Shown here in pieces: positions 50,153 to 60,544 of a stretch of 64,000 nucleotides of DNA. The notes under the pieces were generated by a model that was not told where the DNA came from, ran no database searches, and saw only the letters and a list, made by a program, of their open reading frames with translations. The position numbers were made by a program, and so were the translations under genes. The first letter of the stretch is position 1. Each line of letters starts with the position of its first letter. This DNA comes from Escherichia coli (GTDB lineage: Bacteria; Pseudomonadota; Gammaproteobacteria; Enterobacterales; Enterobacteriaceae). The stretch lies in NCBI RefSeq assembly GCF_016026235.1, contig NZ_CP065613.1; one strand, written 5' to 3'.

Positions 50153-51643
50153 TTATAAGCCAAAGGATTGCTCATGCCATCTTATCAGTTTCTGGCTGTA
50201 GCACGCATTCAGTTCAGGCAGCGTGATATTGTTTATTTCGGAAAGCAGGACATAGGTGGTTTTTCCTTCCTGCACGACAGAGAGCCTGAGTTGAGATGCA
50301 AGAATGTTCAGCAGGACGTTCAGCTTTTTCCTGTTCCTGAACCGGCCCGGGCCACACTGGAGAATATAATTTTTCCTGACACGGGGCGGGCATTCTCCGC
50401 GGCACTCCTCAATGAGCCAGTCGAGCAGCTCCCAGGCGTCCTGCAGCTGCAGTTCAGATTCATCAGGTAACGCAAATAATTTTTTATATTCATCTGTGTA
50501 CCACGAACTTATTACGACAGCAGACGTCATGATATCGGCAGAGATTTTCCCTTCACCCTGACTGAAATACTGCAATAACGCAGCAATTCTCGCAATGTTT
50601 TCTGTTTTTTTTGAAACATGCCCCCGAAACTGGCTTAAGGGTCCGGAAGGAGACAAATCCTGCTCCAGAACATTATAGTGATCAATAAATATTTTTTGCG
50701 CTTCAGGAGAAAAATGCAGACAATAACGTTCATCCTTACTGGATTTTTCAATACTGCCTCTGGCCAGTTCCATTAATCGTTCATGAAATGCCGTTAATGA
50801 TCCTCCCGGGGTCACAGCTCCGTTAATAAAGCGTTTCCCCTGCGTGGTGGCAGGTTTACTGATTAGACAACGGGCAAGAAAACCACTGTCCCTGGCAACA
50901 GAACCTTTTCGCTCCATATATCGGTCAAAAAGACCGGGTTGTACCATGAGGGATAATGTCATTCTGGCATTTTCAATCATCTGTTCGGGTTCATTCTTTC
51001 TGTCCACCGACAATACGGAGCCATCCCACATTTTGTTAATAAAAGGCAGCTCAGACAGGGTATACCCATCAAATATTATACCGGCTTCATCAGACATGAT
51101 ACCCACTGAACGCCACTGACCACAAAGCTGATCTTTAATTGCTGCTGTCGTGGCATCATTAAAAATGAATTTATATCTTACAGGTTTTTCCCCTCTGTTT
51201 TTCTGAAGCGCTTCCAGTTGTCTGAGCGTTTCTGATTCATCCGCGCCTTTGCGGAGTTCTTTATTCAGTTTTGACAACAATGCTTTTTTCTGCGCCTTTA
51301 AAAGCTCTTCCTTATTTTTCCATGTCGTCAGTTCATTTTTGTGTCTGGAATATAACAGCATCTCCTGCTGGTACAGGGGCTCCATTAATAATTTGTCCAC
51401 TGCGGTTTTTCGTTCTCCGGACTCAGCAAGCGTCAGTAAGAAAAGAGAAACCGGCCCCCGTAGTGTATTCAGTCTGCAGACATCAATCAGATTCTGGCAG
51501 ACAAGTGAAACAGCGCCCAGGGCAGATGCTGCCACAAGCCCCAGGGGAGCCTGCGTGATTTGCTGAGCTTCAATAACGGCATCACGAATGAGTGGAGGCA
51601 GCGAACTCAGGGGAAACTCATCAGGATACTGAAAGTATGGCAT
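50153..51643 (-). CDS. DUF3987 / YfjI-like protein
   Basis: MPYFQYPDEFPLSSLPPLIRDAVIEAQQITQAPLGLVAASALGAVSLVCQNLIDV...LTLAESGERKTA... GAGG RBS. The family call is from memory of YfjI. Confidence 0.7.
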   Translation of the reverse strand: MPYFQYPDEFPLSSLPPLIRDAVIEAQQITQAPLGLVAASALGAVSLVCQNLIDVCRLNTLRGPVSLFLLTLAESGERKTAVDKLLMEPLYQQEMLLYSRHKNELTTWKNKEELLKAQKKALLSKLNKELRKGADESETLRQLEALQKNRGEKPVRYKFIFNDATTAAIKDQLCGQWRSVGIMSDEAGIIFDGYTLSELPFINKMWDGSVLSVDRKNEPEQMIENARMTLSLMVQPGLFDRYMERKGSVARDSGFLARCLISKPATTQGKRFINGAVTPGGSLTAFHERLMELARGSIEKSSKDERYCLHFSPEAQKIFIDHYNVLEQDLSPSGPLSQFRGHVSKKTENIARIAALLQYFSQGEGKISADIMTSAVVISSWYTDEYKKLFALPDESELQLQDAWELLDWLIEECRGECPPRVRKNYILQCGPGRFRNRKKLNVLLNILASQLRLSVVQEGKTTYVLLSEINNITLPELNACYSQKLIRWHEQSFGL

Positions 51644-52511
51644 AATGACCTCACAACACACAGAACATAAAGTACCGCAACTATTGCTACTAATAGCAAA
51701 AATAGCAGCAGAATCAATACAGGATAAAAATTTCTGTCGATTTTCAGATTAAATAATAACCATTCGGTATTTTGTCGCTAAAGAATGTTAGAATGAATCT
51801 GTGCGTCTACGGGCGCTCTCCGGAGCACACATGTTGATTAATTTTCACACAACAACGTGCCAGCAAAAAGCATCATCCAGGGTATTGCAGGTACGGGTTT
51901 CCTGCCGGGAATAAACATAAACAGTTTCCCCGGAGTAACGCTTTCAGAAAACTGCCCTCCTGAAGAAGAATAAAATAAAGAAGATGACAGTTCCTGCGCT
52001 GAATGCTGAGTACTCAGTACAATATTCTATGGACAGGATGACATTTTTATAAATAACAAAAACCATTTAATACTGACATATCAGGAAAATCCCCCTCCCT
52101 GCCGGCACAGATAAAATGCACCATTTTTTCTTCAAATACTTCTGTATAATCGCAGCCAGCCAATGATGAGAATGGATAAAAACAACACTTCCTCGACAAA
52201 CACAAAAACCAGCCTTCATTTTCACATCATCATCCAGTTTTAATTAAACCCTGACGAGCGACAGTATTTCAGTTCAGGAATTAAAAGCCAGCTATTACTC
52301 AGTAAAAACACCACCAACTAATAATATCTCAGCAGATATTTCCTGACCAGGATGACACATTTATTAAAGATTTTTAACAGGACACTTCACATTACTGAAC
52401 GCTATTCCGACAGTATCACTACACAAATAAAAAAGGGAACTGGATAAATATTCATGCCGGAAGAATGGTGTAACAAAAGCATTTAATCATTACGTGCGTA
52501 TTCCTCTCTAT

Positions 52512-52541
52512 TCGATCACGGTTTGGCCAAACCGTGATCGA
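52512..52541. repeat. 30-bp perfect palindrome carrying two GATC sites, flanked by a 13-bp direct repeat
   Basis: TCGATCACGGTTTGG|CCAAACCGTGATCGA. ATCATTACGTGCG occurs at 52486..52498 and again at 52610..52622. Confidence 0.6.
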
Positions 52542-52982
52542 TTCAGATGCCATTTTGCAAGTACGCATGACCCGGAAGGGAAACACTTAACAACATGGTA
52601 TCAACAGATATCATTACGTGCGCACTCTTATAAAAATACACAGCAGAAGCAAGATAACTCTAAACGTAAATTTAATATCTCCCACTGACTGCCCCGACAA
52701 TATACTGAAAAATACTCACCTCAGTAAACATAAACACACCTGATAATCAGGCTGCAAGATGAATATTTTCTCCTTTACGGAGTAATCAGCCTGCTGTTTA
52801 ACAATAACCGCGTATTTTCATGGAAGGATATCACCCAATAACGGATAACTCCTGCCCTCCTTCATGTTAATACGCAACATCCCCATCGATTCCAAACAAT
52901 TTCAGACAGATATTATCTCCGTGAATCCCCCGCCACCTTTCCGGTGTGCGGGGTTTTGTCTTTTTTCACCGGGAATACATGT

Positions 52983-53856
52983 ATGAATCCGTCTGATGCC
53001 ATTGAGGCAATTGAAAAACCGCTCTCCTCCCTGCCTTATTCACTTTCCCGTCACATCCTGGAACATCTGCGCAAACTCACCAGCCACGAACCCGTGATTG
53101 GCATTATGGGGAAAAGCGGGGCCGGTAAATCCTCACTCTGTAATGCACTGTTTCAGGGGGAGGTCACCCCGGTCAGTGATGTTCACGCCGGCACCCGGGA
53201 AGTGCGGCGCTTCCGTCTGAGTGGCCACGGTCATAGCATGGTTATCACTGACCTGCCCGGGGTGGGCGAGAGCCGGGACAGGGATGCAGAGTATGAGGGC
53301 CCTGTACCGTGACATTCTGCCTGAACTGGACCTGGTACTGTGGCTGATTAAAGCCGATGACCGTGCCCTGTCTGTGGATGAGTATTTCTGGCGACACATC
53401 CTGCACCGGGGACATCAGCGGGTACTGTTTGTGGTGACGCAGGCCGACAAAACGGAGCCCTGCCATGAATGGGATATGGCCGGTATTCAGCCTTCTCCTG
53501 CACAGGCACAGAATATTCGCGAAAAAACGGAGGCGGTATTCCGTCTGTTCCGGCCCGTACATCCGGTTGTTGCCGTATCGGCCCGCACCGGCTGGGAACT
53601 GGATACGCTGGTCAGTGCGCTCATGACAGCGCTTCCCGACCATGCCGCCAGTCCCCTGATGACCCGACTGCAGGACGAGCTGCGCACGGAATCTGTCCGG
53701 TCTCTGGCCCGTGAACAGTTTACCGGTGCGGTGGACCGGATATTTGACACGGCGGAGAGCGTCTGTATTGCCTCTGTTGCACGCACGGTTCTGCGTGCCG
53801 TCCGTGACTCGGTGGTCTCTGTTGCCCGTGCGGTATGGAACTGGATTTTCTTCTGA
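52983..53856 (+). pseudogene. yeeP: YeeP/YkfA/YfjP-family small GTPase with one frameshift
   Basis: MNPSDAIEAIEKPLSSLPYSLSRHILEHLRKLTSHEPVIGIMGKSGAGKSSLCNALF (P-loop)...DLPGVGESRDRDAEYE, then a shift at the G-run 53297..53299. It continues ALYRDILPELDLVLWLIKADDRALSVDEYFW... Confidence 0.85.
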
Positions 53857-53927
53857 ACCTGTCGTGACTGATGCCCACCCTGACTCTGAGTCTGCTCACA
53901 AAAGCGCTGTTTTCGTTGCTGTCTCTC

Positions 53928-54005
53928 TTGTCCGTGCAATAGCTCAATAATAGAATAAAACGATCGATATCTATTTTATCGATCGTTTATATCGATCGAT
54001 AGGCT
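53928..54005 (+). promoter_or_regulatory. agn43 (flu) promoter and Dam/OxyR phase-variation operator
   Basis: -35 TTGTCC at 53928..53933, a 17-nt spacer, and -10 TAGAAT at 53951..53956. Three GATC sites lie at 53962, 53981 and 53994 within AACGATCGATATCTATTTTATCGATCGTTTATATCGATCGATAGG. Confidence 0.85.
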
Positions 54006-54183
54006 AATAATAACCTTTGTCAGTAACATGCACAGATACGTACAGAAAGACATTCAGGGAACAACAGAACCACAATTCAGAAACTCCCACAGCCGGACCT
54101 CCGGCACTGTAACCCTTTACCTGCCGGTATCCACGTTTGTGGGTACCGGCTTTTTTATTCACCCTCAATCTAAGGAAAAGCTG

Positions 54184-57100
54184 ATGAAACGACATCTGAA
54201 CACCAGCTACAGGCTGGTATGGAATCACATTACGGGCACCCTGGTGGTGGCTTCCGAACTGGCCCGCTCACGGGGAAAACGCGCCGGTGTGGCGGTTGCG
54301 CTGTCTCTTGCTCCTGTCATGTCAGTCCCGACACTGGCTGCTGACATCGTTGTACGCCCGGGAGAAACCGTGAACGGCGGAACACTGGCAAATCATGACA
54401 ACCAGATTGTCTTCGGTACGACCAACGGAATGACCATCAGTACCGGGCTGGAGTATGGGCCAGATAACGAGGCCAATACCGGCGGGCAATGGGTACAGGA
54501 TGGCGGAACAGCCAACAAAACGACAGTCACCAGTGGTGGTCTTCAGAGAGTGAACCCCGGTGGAAGTGTCTCAGACACGGTTATCAGTGCCGGAGGCGGA
54601 CAGAGCCTTCAGGGACGGGCAGTGAACACCACGCTGAATGGTGGCGAACAGTGGATGCATGAGGGGGCAATAGCCACAGGAACCGTCATCAATGATAAGG
54701 GCTGGCAGGTCGTCAAGCCCGGTACAGTGGCAACGGATACCGTTGTTAATACCGGGGCGGAAGGGGGACCGGATGCAGAAAACGGTGATACCGGGCAGTT
54801 TGTTCGCGGGGATGCCGTACGCACAACCATCAATAAAAACGGTCGCCAGATTGTGAGAACTGAAGGAACGGCAAATACCACTGTGGTTTATGCCGGCGGC
54901 GACCAGACGGTACATGGTCACGCACTGGATACCACGCTGAATGGGGGGTACCAGTATGTGCACAACGGCGGTACAGCGTCTGGCACTGTTGTAAACAGTG
55001 ACGGCTGGCAGGTGATTAAGGAAGGAGGAAGTGCCACGCATACCACCATCAATCAGAAAGGAAAGCTGCAGGTGAACGCCGGTGGTAAAGCGGCTGATGT
55101 CACCCAGAACACGGGCGGTGCACTGGTTACCAGTACGGCTGCAACCGTTACCGGCATAAACCGCCTTGGAGCATTCTCGGTTGTGGAGGGTAAAGCTGAT
55201 AATGTCGTACTGGAAAATGGCGGACGCCTGGATGTGCTGACCGGACACACAGCCACTAATACCCGCGTGGATGATGGCGGAACGCTGGATGTCCGCAACG
55301 GTGGTACCGCCACCACCGTATCCATGGGAAATGGCGGTGTACTGCTGGCCGATTCCGGTGCCGCTGTCAGTGGTACCCGGAGCGACGGAAAGGCATTCAG
55401 TATCGGAGGCGGTCAGGCGGATGCCCTGATGCTGGAAAAAGGCAGTTCATTCACGCTGAACGCCGGTGATACGGCCACGGATACCACGGTAAATGGCGGA
55501 CTGTTCACCGCCAGGGGCGGCACACTGGCGGGCACCACCACGCTGAATAACGGCGCCATACTTACCCTTTCTGGGAAGACGGTGAACAACGATACCCTGA
55601 CCATCCGTGAAGGCGATGCACTCCTGCAGGGAGGCTCTCTCACCGGTAACGGCAGCGTGGAAAAATCAGGAAGTGGCACACTCACTGTCAGCAACACCAC
55701 ACTCACCCAGAAAGCCGTCAACCTGAATGAAGGCTCGCTGACGCTGAACGACAGTACCGTCACCACGGATGTCATTGCTCAGCGCGGTACAGCCCTGAAG
55801 CTGACCGGCAGCACTGTGCTGAACGGTGCCATTGACCCCACGAATGTCACTCTCGCCTCCGGTGCCACCTGGAATATCCCTGATAACGCCACGGTGCAGT
55901 CGGTGGTGGATGACCTCAGCCATGCCGGACAGATTCATTTCACCTCCACCCGCACAGGGAAGTTCGTACCGGCAACCCTGAAAGTGAAAAACCTGAACGG
56001 GCAGAATGGCACCATCAGCCTGCGTGTACGCCCGGATATGGCACAGAACAATGCTGACAGACTGGTCATTGACGGCGGCAGGGCAACCGGAAAAACCATC
56101 CTGAACCTGGTGAACGCCGGCAACAGTGCGTCGGGGCTGGCGACCAGCGGTAAGGGTATTCAGGTGGTGGAAGCCATTAACGGTGCCACCACGGAGGAAG
56201 GGGCCTTTGTCCAGGGGAACAGGCTGCAGGCCGGGGCCTTTAACTACTCCCTCAACCGGGACAGTGATGAGAGCTGGTATCTGCGCAGTGAAAATGCTTA
56301 TCGTGCAGAAGTCCCCCTGTATGCCTCCATGCTGACACAGGCAATGGACTATGACCGGGTTCTGGCAGGCTCCCGCAGCCATCAGACCGGTGTAAACGGT
56401 GAAAATAACAGCGTCCGTCTCAGCATTCAGGGCGGCCATCTCGGTCACGATAACAACGGCGGTATTGTCCGTGGGGCCACGCCGGAAAGCAGCGGCAGCT
56501 ATGGCTTCGTCCGTCTGGAGGGTGACCTGCTCAGAACAGAGGTTGCCGGTATGTCTGTGACCGCGGGGGTATATGGTGCTGCAGGCCATTCTTCCGTTGA
56601 TGTTAAGGATGATGACGGCTCCCGTGCCGGCACGGTCCGGGATGATGCCGGCAGCCTGGGCGGATACCTGAATCTGATACACAACGCCTCCGGCCTGTGG
56701 GCTGACATTGTGGCACAGGGAACCCGCCACAGTATGAAAGCGTCATCGGACAATAACGACTTCCGCGCACGGGGCCGGGGCTGGCTGGGCTCACTGGAAA
56801 CCGGTCTGCCCTTCAGTATCACTGACAACCTGATGCTGGAGCCACAACTGCAGTATACCTGGCAGGGACTTTCCCTGGACGACGGCCAGGATAACGCCGG
56901 TTATGTGAAGTTCGGGCATGGCAGTGCACAACATGTGCGTGCCGGCTTCCGTCTGGGCAGCCACAACGATATGAACTTTGGTAAAGGCACCTCATCCCGT
57001 GACACCCTGCGCGGCTGTGCCAAACACAGTGTGCGTGAACTGCCGGTGAACTGGTGGGTACAGCCTTCTGTTATCCGCACCTTCAGTTCCCGGGGGGACA

Positions 57101-57303
57101 TGAGCATGGGTACAGCCGCAGCCGGCAGTAACATGACGTTCTCACCGTCACAGAATGGTACGTCACTGGACCTGCAGGCCGGACTGGAAGCCCGTGTCCG
57201 GGAAAACATCACCCTGGGCGTTCAGGCTGGTTATGTCCACAGCGTCAGCGGCAGCAGCGCTGAAGGCTATAACGGTCAGGCCACGCTGAATGTGACCTTC
57301 TGA
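54184..57303 (+). CDS. flu: Antigen 43 self-associating autotransporter
   Basis: 1039 aa, MKRHLNTSYRLVWNHITGTLVVASELARSRGKRAGVAVALSLA... It has a repetitive beta-helix passenger (VxNGGxxxxTxV repeats), and the beta-barrel ends ...YNGQATLNVTF. Confidence 0.95.
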   Translation: MKRHLNTSYRLVWNHITGTLVVASELARSRGKRAGVAVALSLAPVMSVPTLAADIVVRPGETVNGGTLANHDNQIVFGTTNGMTISTGLEYGPDNEANTGGQWVQDGGTANKTTVTSGGLQRVNPGGSVSDTVISAGGGQSLQGRAVNTTLNGGEQWMHEGAIATGTVINDKGWQVVKPGTVATDTVVNTGAEGGPDAENGDTGQFVRGDAVRTTINKNGRQIVRTEGTANTTVVYAGGDQTVHGHALDTTLNGGYQYVHNGGTASGTVVNSDGWQVIKEGGSATHTTINQKGKLQVNAGGKAADVTQNTGGALVTSTAATVTGINRLGAFSVVEGKADNVVLENGGRLDVLTGHTATNTRVDDGGTLDVRNGGTATTVSMGNGGVLLADSGAAVSGTRSDGKAFSIGGGQADALMLEKGSSFTLNAGDTATDTTVNGGLFTARGGTLAGTTTLNNGAILTLSGKTVNNDTLTIREGDALLQGGSLTGNGSVEKSGSGTLTVSNTTLTQKAVNLNEGSLTLNDSTVTTDVIAQRGTALKLTGSTVLNGAIDPTNVTLASGATWNIPDNATVQSVVDDLSHAGQIHFTSTRTGKFVPATLKVKNLNGQNGTISLRVRPDMAQNNADRLVIDGGRATGKTILNLVNAGNSASGLATSGKGIQVVEAINGATTEEGAFVQGNRLQAGAFNYSLNRDSDESWYLRSENAYRAEVPLYASMLTQAMDYDRVLAGSRSHQTGVNGENNSVRLSIQGGHLGHDNNGGIVRGATPESSGSYGFVRLEGDLLRTEVAGMSVTAGVYGAAGHSSVDVKDDDGSRAGTVRDDAGSLGGYLNLIHNASGLWADIVAQGTRHSMKASSDNNDFRARGRGWLGSLETGLPFSITDNLMLEPQLQYTWQGLSLDDGQDNAGYVKFGHGSAQHVRAGFRLGSHNDMNFGKGTSSRDTLRGCAKHSVRELPVNWWVQPSVIRTFSSRGDMSMGTAAAGSNMTFSPSQNGTSLDLQAGLEARVRENITLGVQAGYVHSVSGSSAEGYNGQATLNVTF

Positions 57304-57423
57304 CAGAACCATCGCCTCTCTGTGGTCCCTGTCATCATGATCGGGACCCGGACCGGCGCAACGGATATTCAACGCCACATTCGCTGGCATTAACAATAAC
57401 ATGATATTCATCACGGAGTGACT

Positions 57424-59940
57424 ATGTTACAGATAGTCGGCGCGCTGATCCTGCTGATCGCAGGATTTGCCATTCTTCGCCTTTTGTTCAGAGCATTAAT
57501 CAGCACGGCTTCTGCGCTGGCAGGGCTCATATTGCTGTGTCTGTTCGGCCCGGCCTTACTGGCTGGCTATATCACCGAACGCATAACCAGGTTGTTCCAT
57601 ATTCGCTGGCTGGCAGGCGTATTTCTGACGATTGCCGGAATGATCATCAGCTTCATGTGGGGACTTGATGGTAAACATATCGCGCTGGAGGCTCACACCT
57701 TTGACTCCGTGAAATTTATTCTGACCACCGCTCTCGCCGGTGGTCTGCTGGCTGTTCCCCTGCAGATCAAAAACATTCAGCAGAACGGGATCACACCAGA
57801 AGATATCAGCAAGGAAATTAACGGGTATTACTGCTGTTTTTATACTGCCTTTTTCCTTATGGCGTGTTCTGCATGCGCACCATTGATCGCGTTACAGTAC
57901 GATATTTCACCGTCACTGATGTGGTGGGGCGGGTTGTTGTACTGGCTGGCTGCATTAGTGACGCTGCTATGGGCGGCCAGCCAAATTCAGGCGCTGAAAA
58001 AACTGACCTGTGCCATCAGCCAGACACTGGAAGAACAACCGGTGCTCAACAGTAAATCGTGGCTGACCAGTTTGCAAAACGATTACAGCCTTCCTGACTC
58101 ACTGACGGAGCGCATCTGGCTGACGCTTATTTCTCAACGGATTTCCCGGGGAGAGCTGAGGGAATTTGAACTGGCAGACGGAAACTGGTTACTGAACAAT
58201 GCCTGGTATGAAAGAAACATGGCAGGGTTTAACGAACAGTTGAAAGAGAACCTGTCATTCACACCTGATGAACTGAAAACACTCTTCCGGAACCGCCTGA
58301 ATTTATCACCGGAAGCGAATGACGATTTTCTCGATCGTTGCCTGGACGGCGGTGACTGGTATCCCTTTTCAGAAGGTCGCCGTTTTGTATCATTCCATCA
58401 CGTGGATGAGCTTCGTGTCTGTGCCTCCTGCGGGCTGACAGAAGTACATCATGCCCCGGAAAATCATAAGCCGGATCCGGAATGGTACTGCTCCTCTCTT
58501 TGTCGCGAAACAGAAACACTGTGTCAGGAAATTTATGAACGCCCCTACAACAGTTTTATTTCCGATGCAACGGCGAATGGTCTGATTCTCATGAAACTGC
58601 CGGAAACCTGGAGTACAAATGAGAAAATGTTTGCTTCCGGAGGGCAGGGACATGGGTTTGCCGCTGAACGGGGAAACCATATTGTCGACAGAGTCCGTCT
58701 GAAAAACGCACGGATCCTCGGTGATAATAATGCCAGAAATGGGGCGGACAGACTGGTCAGCGGAACAGAAATCCAGACGAAATATTGTTCAACTGCAGCC
58801 CGTAGCGTCGGTGCGGCATTCGACGGACAAAACGGACAGTATCGTTACATGGGAAATAATGGCCCCATGCAACTGGAAGTCCCCCGTGATCAGTATGCCG
58901 GCGCTGTTGAAACCATGAGGAATAAGATCCGCGAAGGTAAAGTACCCGGTGTAACCGATCCCGCAGAAGCGTCCCGGCTGATTCGTCGGGGACATCTGAC
59001 TTATACCCAGGCCCGTAATATCACCCGGTTCGGGACCATCGAATCGGTCACTTATGATATTGCCGAGGGTTCGGTTGTCAGTCTGGCGGCCGGAGGGATC
59101 AGTTTTGCCCTGACGGCATCGGTCTTCTGGCTCAGCACCGGCGATCGCGATGCTGCCCTGCAGACAGCTGCTGTCCAGGCAGGAAAAACCTTCACCCGCA
59201 CACTGGCTGTCTACGTCACAACCCAGCAACTCCACCGACTCAGTGTTGTTCAGGGTATGCTGAAGCACATTGATTTTTCGACTGCCAGCCCGACTGTCCG
59301 ACTGGCTCTTCAGAAGGGGACCGGTGCAGGAAATATCAGTGCCCTGAACAAAGTAATGAAGGGTACGCTGGTGACATCTCTGGCACTGGTAGCTGTCACA
59401 ACCGGCCCTGACATGATCAAAATGTTGCGGGGACGGATCTCCGGTGCGCAGTTCATCAGGAATCTTGCCGTGGCATCTTCCGGTGTGGCAGGTGGAGCTG
59501 TCGGGTCAGTGGCGGGCGGGATACTGTTCAGTCCACTGGGACCATTTGGTGCACTGACAGGGCGTGTGGTTGGCGGTGTTCTGGGGGGAATGATTGCCTC
59601 CGCTGTATCAGGAAAAATTGCCGGAGCGCTGGTTGAAGAAGATCGCGTCAAAATTCTGGCAATGATTCAGGAGCAGGTGACATGGCTTGCCGGCAGTTTC
59701 CTGCTGACCGGACATGAGATTGAAAATCTGAACGAGAATCTGGCCCGTGTTATCGATCAGAATGCTCTGGAGATCATTTTCGCCGCCGGTATACAACAAC
59801 GGGCCGCGACCAATATGTTAATCAAACCACTGGTGGTCAGTATCATCAGGCAACGCCCCGTCATGGAATATGATGCATCCCATCTCGGCAGTATGGTTAA
59901 CCGACTGGAAGAAGCATTCCCCCCGGAGCTCCCGGCATAA
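57424..59940 (+). CDS. yeeR: Full-length YeeR-family inner-membrane protein (838 aa)
   Basis: MLQIVGALILLIAGFAILRLLFRALISTASALAGLILLCLFGPALLAGYI... GGAG lies 5 nt upstream of ATG 57424. It has N-terminal TM helices, a central Cys-rich soluble region and a C-terminal Gly-zipper-like hydrophobic region. Confidence 0.8.
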   Translation: MLQIVGALILLIAGFAILRLLFRALISTASALAGLILLCLFGPALLAGYITERITRLFHIRWLAGVFLTIAGMIISFMWGLDGKHIALEAHTFDSVKFILTTALAGGLLAVPLQIKNIQQNGITPEDISKEINGYYCCFYTAFFLMACSACAPLIALQYDISPSLMWWGGLLYWLAALVTLLWAASQIQALKKLTCAISQTLEEQPVLNSKSWLTSLQNDYSLPDSLTERIWLTLISQRISRGELREFELADGNWLLNNAWYERNMAGFNEQLKENLSFTPDELKTLFRNRLNLSPEANDDFLDRCLDGGDWYPFSEGRRFVSFHHVDELRVCASCGLTEVHHAPENHKPDPEWYCSSLCRETETLCQEIYERPYNSFISDATANGLILMKLPETWSTNEKMFASGGQGHGFAAERGNHIVDRVRLKNARILGDNNARNGADRLVSGTEIQTKYCSTAARSVGAAFDGQNGQYRYMGNNGPMQLEVPRDQYAGAVETMRNKIREGKVPGVTDPAEASRLIRRGHLTYTQARNITRFGTIESVTYDIAEGSVVSLAAGGISFALTASVFWLSTGDRDAALQTAAVQAGKTFTRTLAVYVTTQQLHRLSVVQGMLKHIDFSTASPTVRLALQKGTGAGNISALNKVMKGTLVTSLALVAVTTGPDMIKMLRGRISGAQFIRNLAVASSGVAGGAVGSVAGGILFSPLGPFGALTGRVVGGVLGGMIASAVSGKIAGALVEEDRVKILAMIQEQVTWLAGSFLLTGHEIENLNENLARVIDQNALEIIFAAGIQQRAATNMLIKPLVVSIIRQRPVMEYDASHLGSMVNRLEEAFPPELPA

Positions 59941-60015
59941 CGTGTGTTCTGCTCCTTTTAGGTTTTATCACCTGATTTGCCAGTGTCATCGTCATGACTC
60001 AGAGAGGTAAATACC

Positions 60016-60470
60016 ATGATTCACCTGTTCAAAACCTGCATGATTACCGCCTTCATTCTGAGGTTAACGTGGTCTGCCCCACTCCGGGCACAGGATCAAC
60101 GTTACATCAGTATACGCAATACAGATACGATATGGCTCCCGGGAAATATTTGTGCTTACCAGTTCCGGCTGGATAATGGCGGAAACGATGAAGGATTTGG
60201 CCCCTCACCATCACTCTGCAACCCAAAGACAAATATGGTCAGACGCTGGTGACCAGAAAAATGGAAACGGAAGCTTTTGGTGACAGTAATGCCACGCGAA
60301 CCACAGACGCATTTCTGGAAACGGAGTGCGTGGAAAATGTCGCCACAACCGAAATCATTAAAGCAACTGAAGAAAGTAACGGCCATCGTGTCAGTCTGCC
60401 GTTATCGGTTTTCGATCCCCAGGACTACCATCCACTGCTGATTACCGTTTCCGGAAAAAATGTTAACTGA
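60016..60470 (+). pseudogene. Small exported/lipoprotein-like CP4-island protein with one frameshift
   Basis: MIHLFKTCMITAFILRLTWSAPLRAQDQRYISIRNTDTIWLPGNICAYQFRLDNGGNDEGFGP, then a shift at the C-run 60201..60204. It continues LTITLQPKDKYGQTLVTRKMETEAFGDSNATRTTDAFLETECVENV...LLITVSGKNVN. Confidence 0.6.
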
Positions 60471-60544
60471 TCCCTGAAGTCAGTTTCATGCTTCAGCCTC
60501 TGCCACAACGTATGGCAGAGGCTATTTATCAGGAGAAACCAGAT

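Noticed and set aside
55666-56730. 354-aa minus-strand ORF (plus several 60-225-aa ones) inside agn43
   Set aside because: It is antisense to a confidently identified, GC-rich repetitive gene. It has no RBS and a low-complexity Gly/Ala/Val/Thr composition, which is typical of shadow ORFs.
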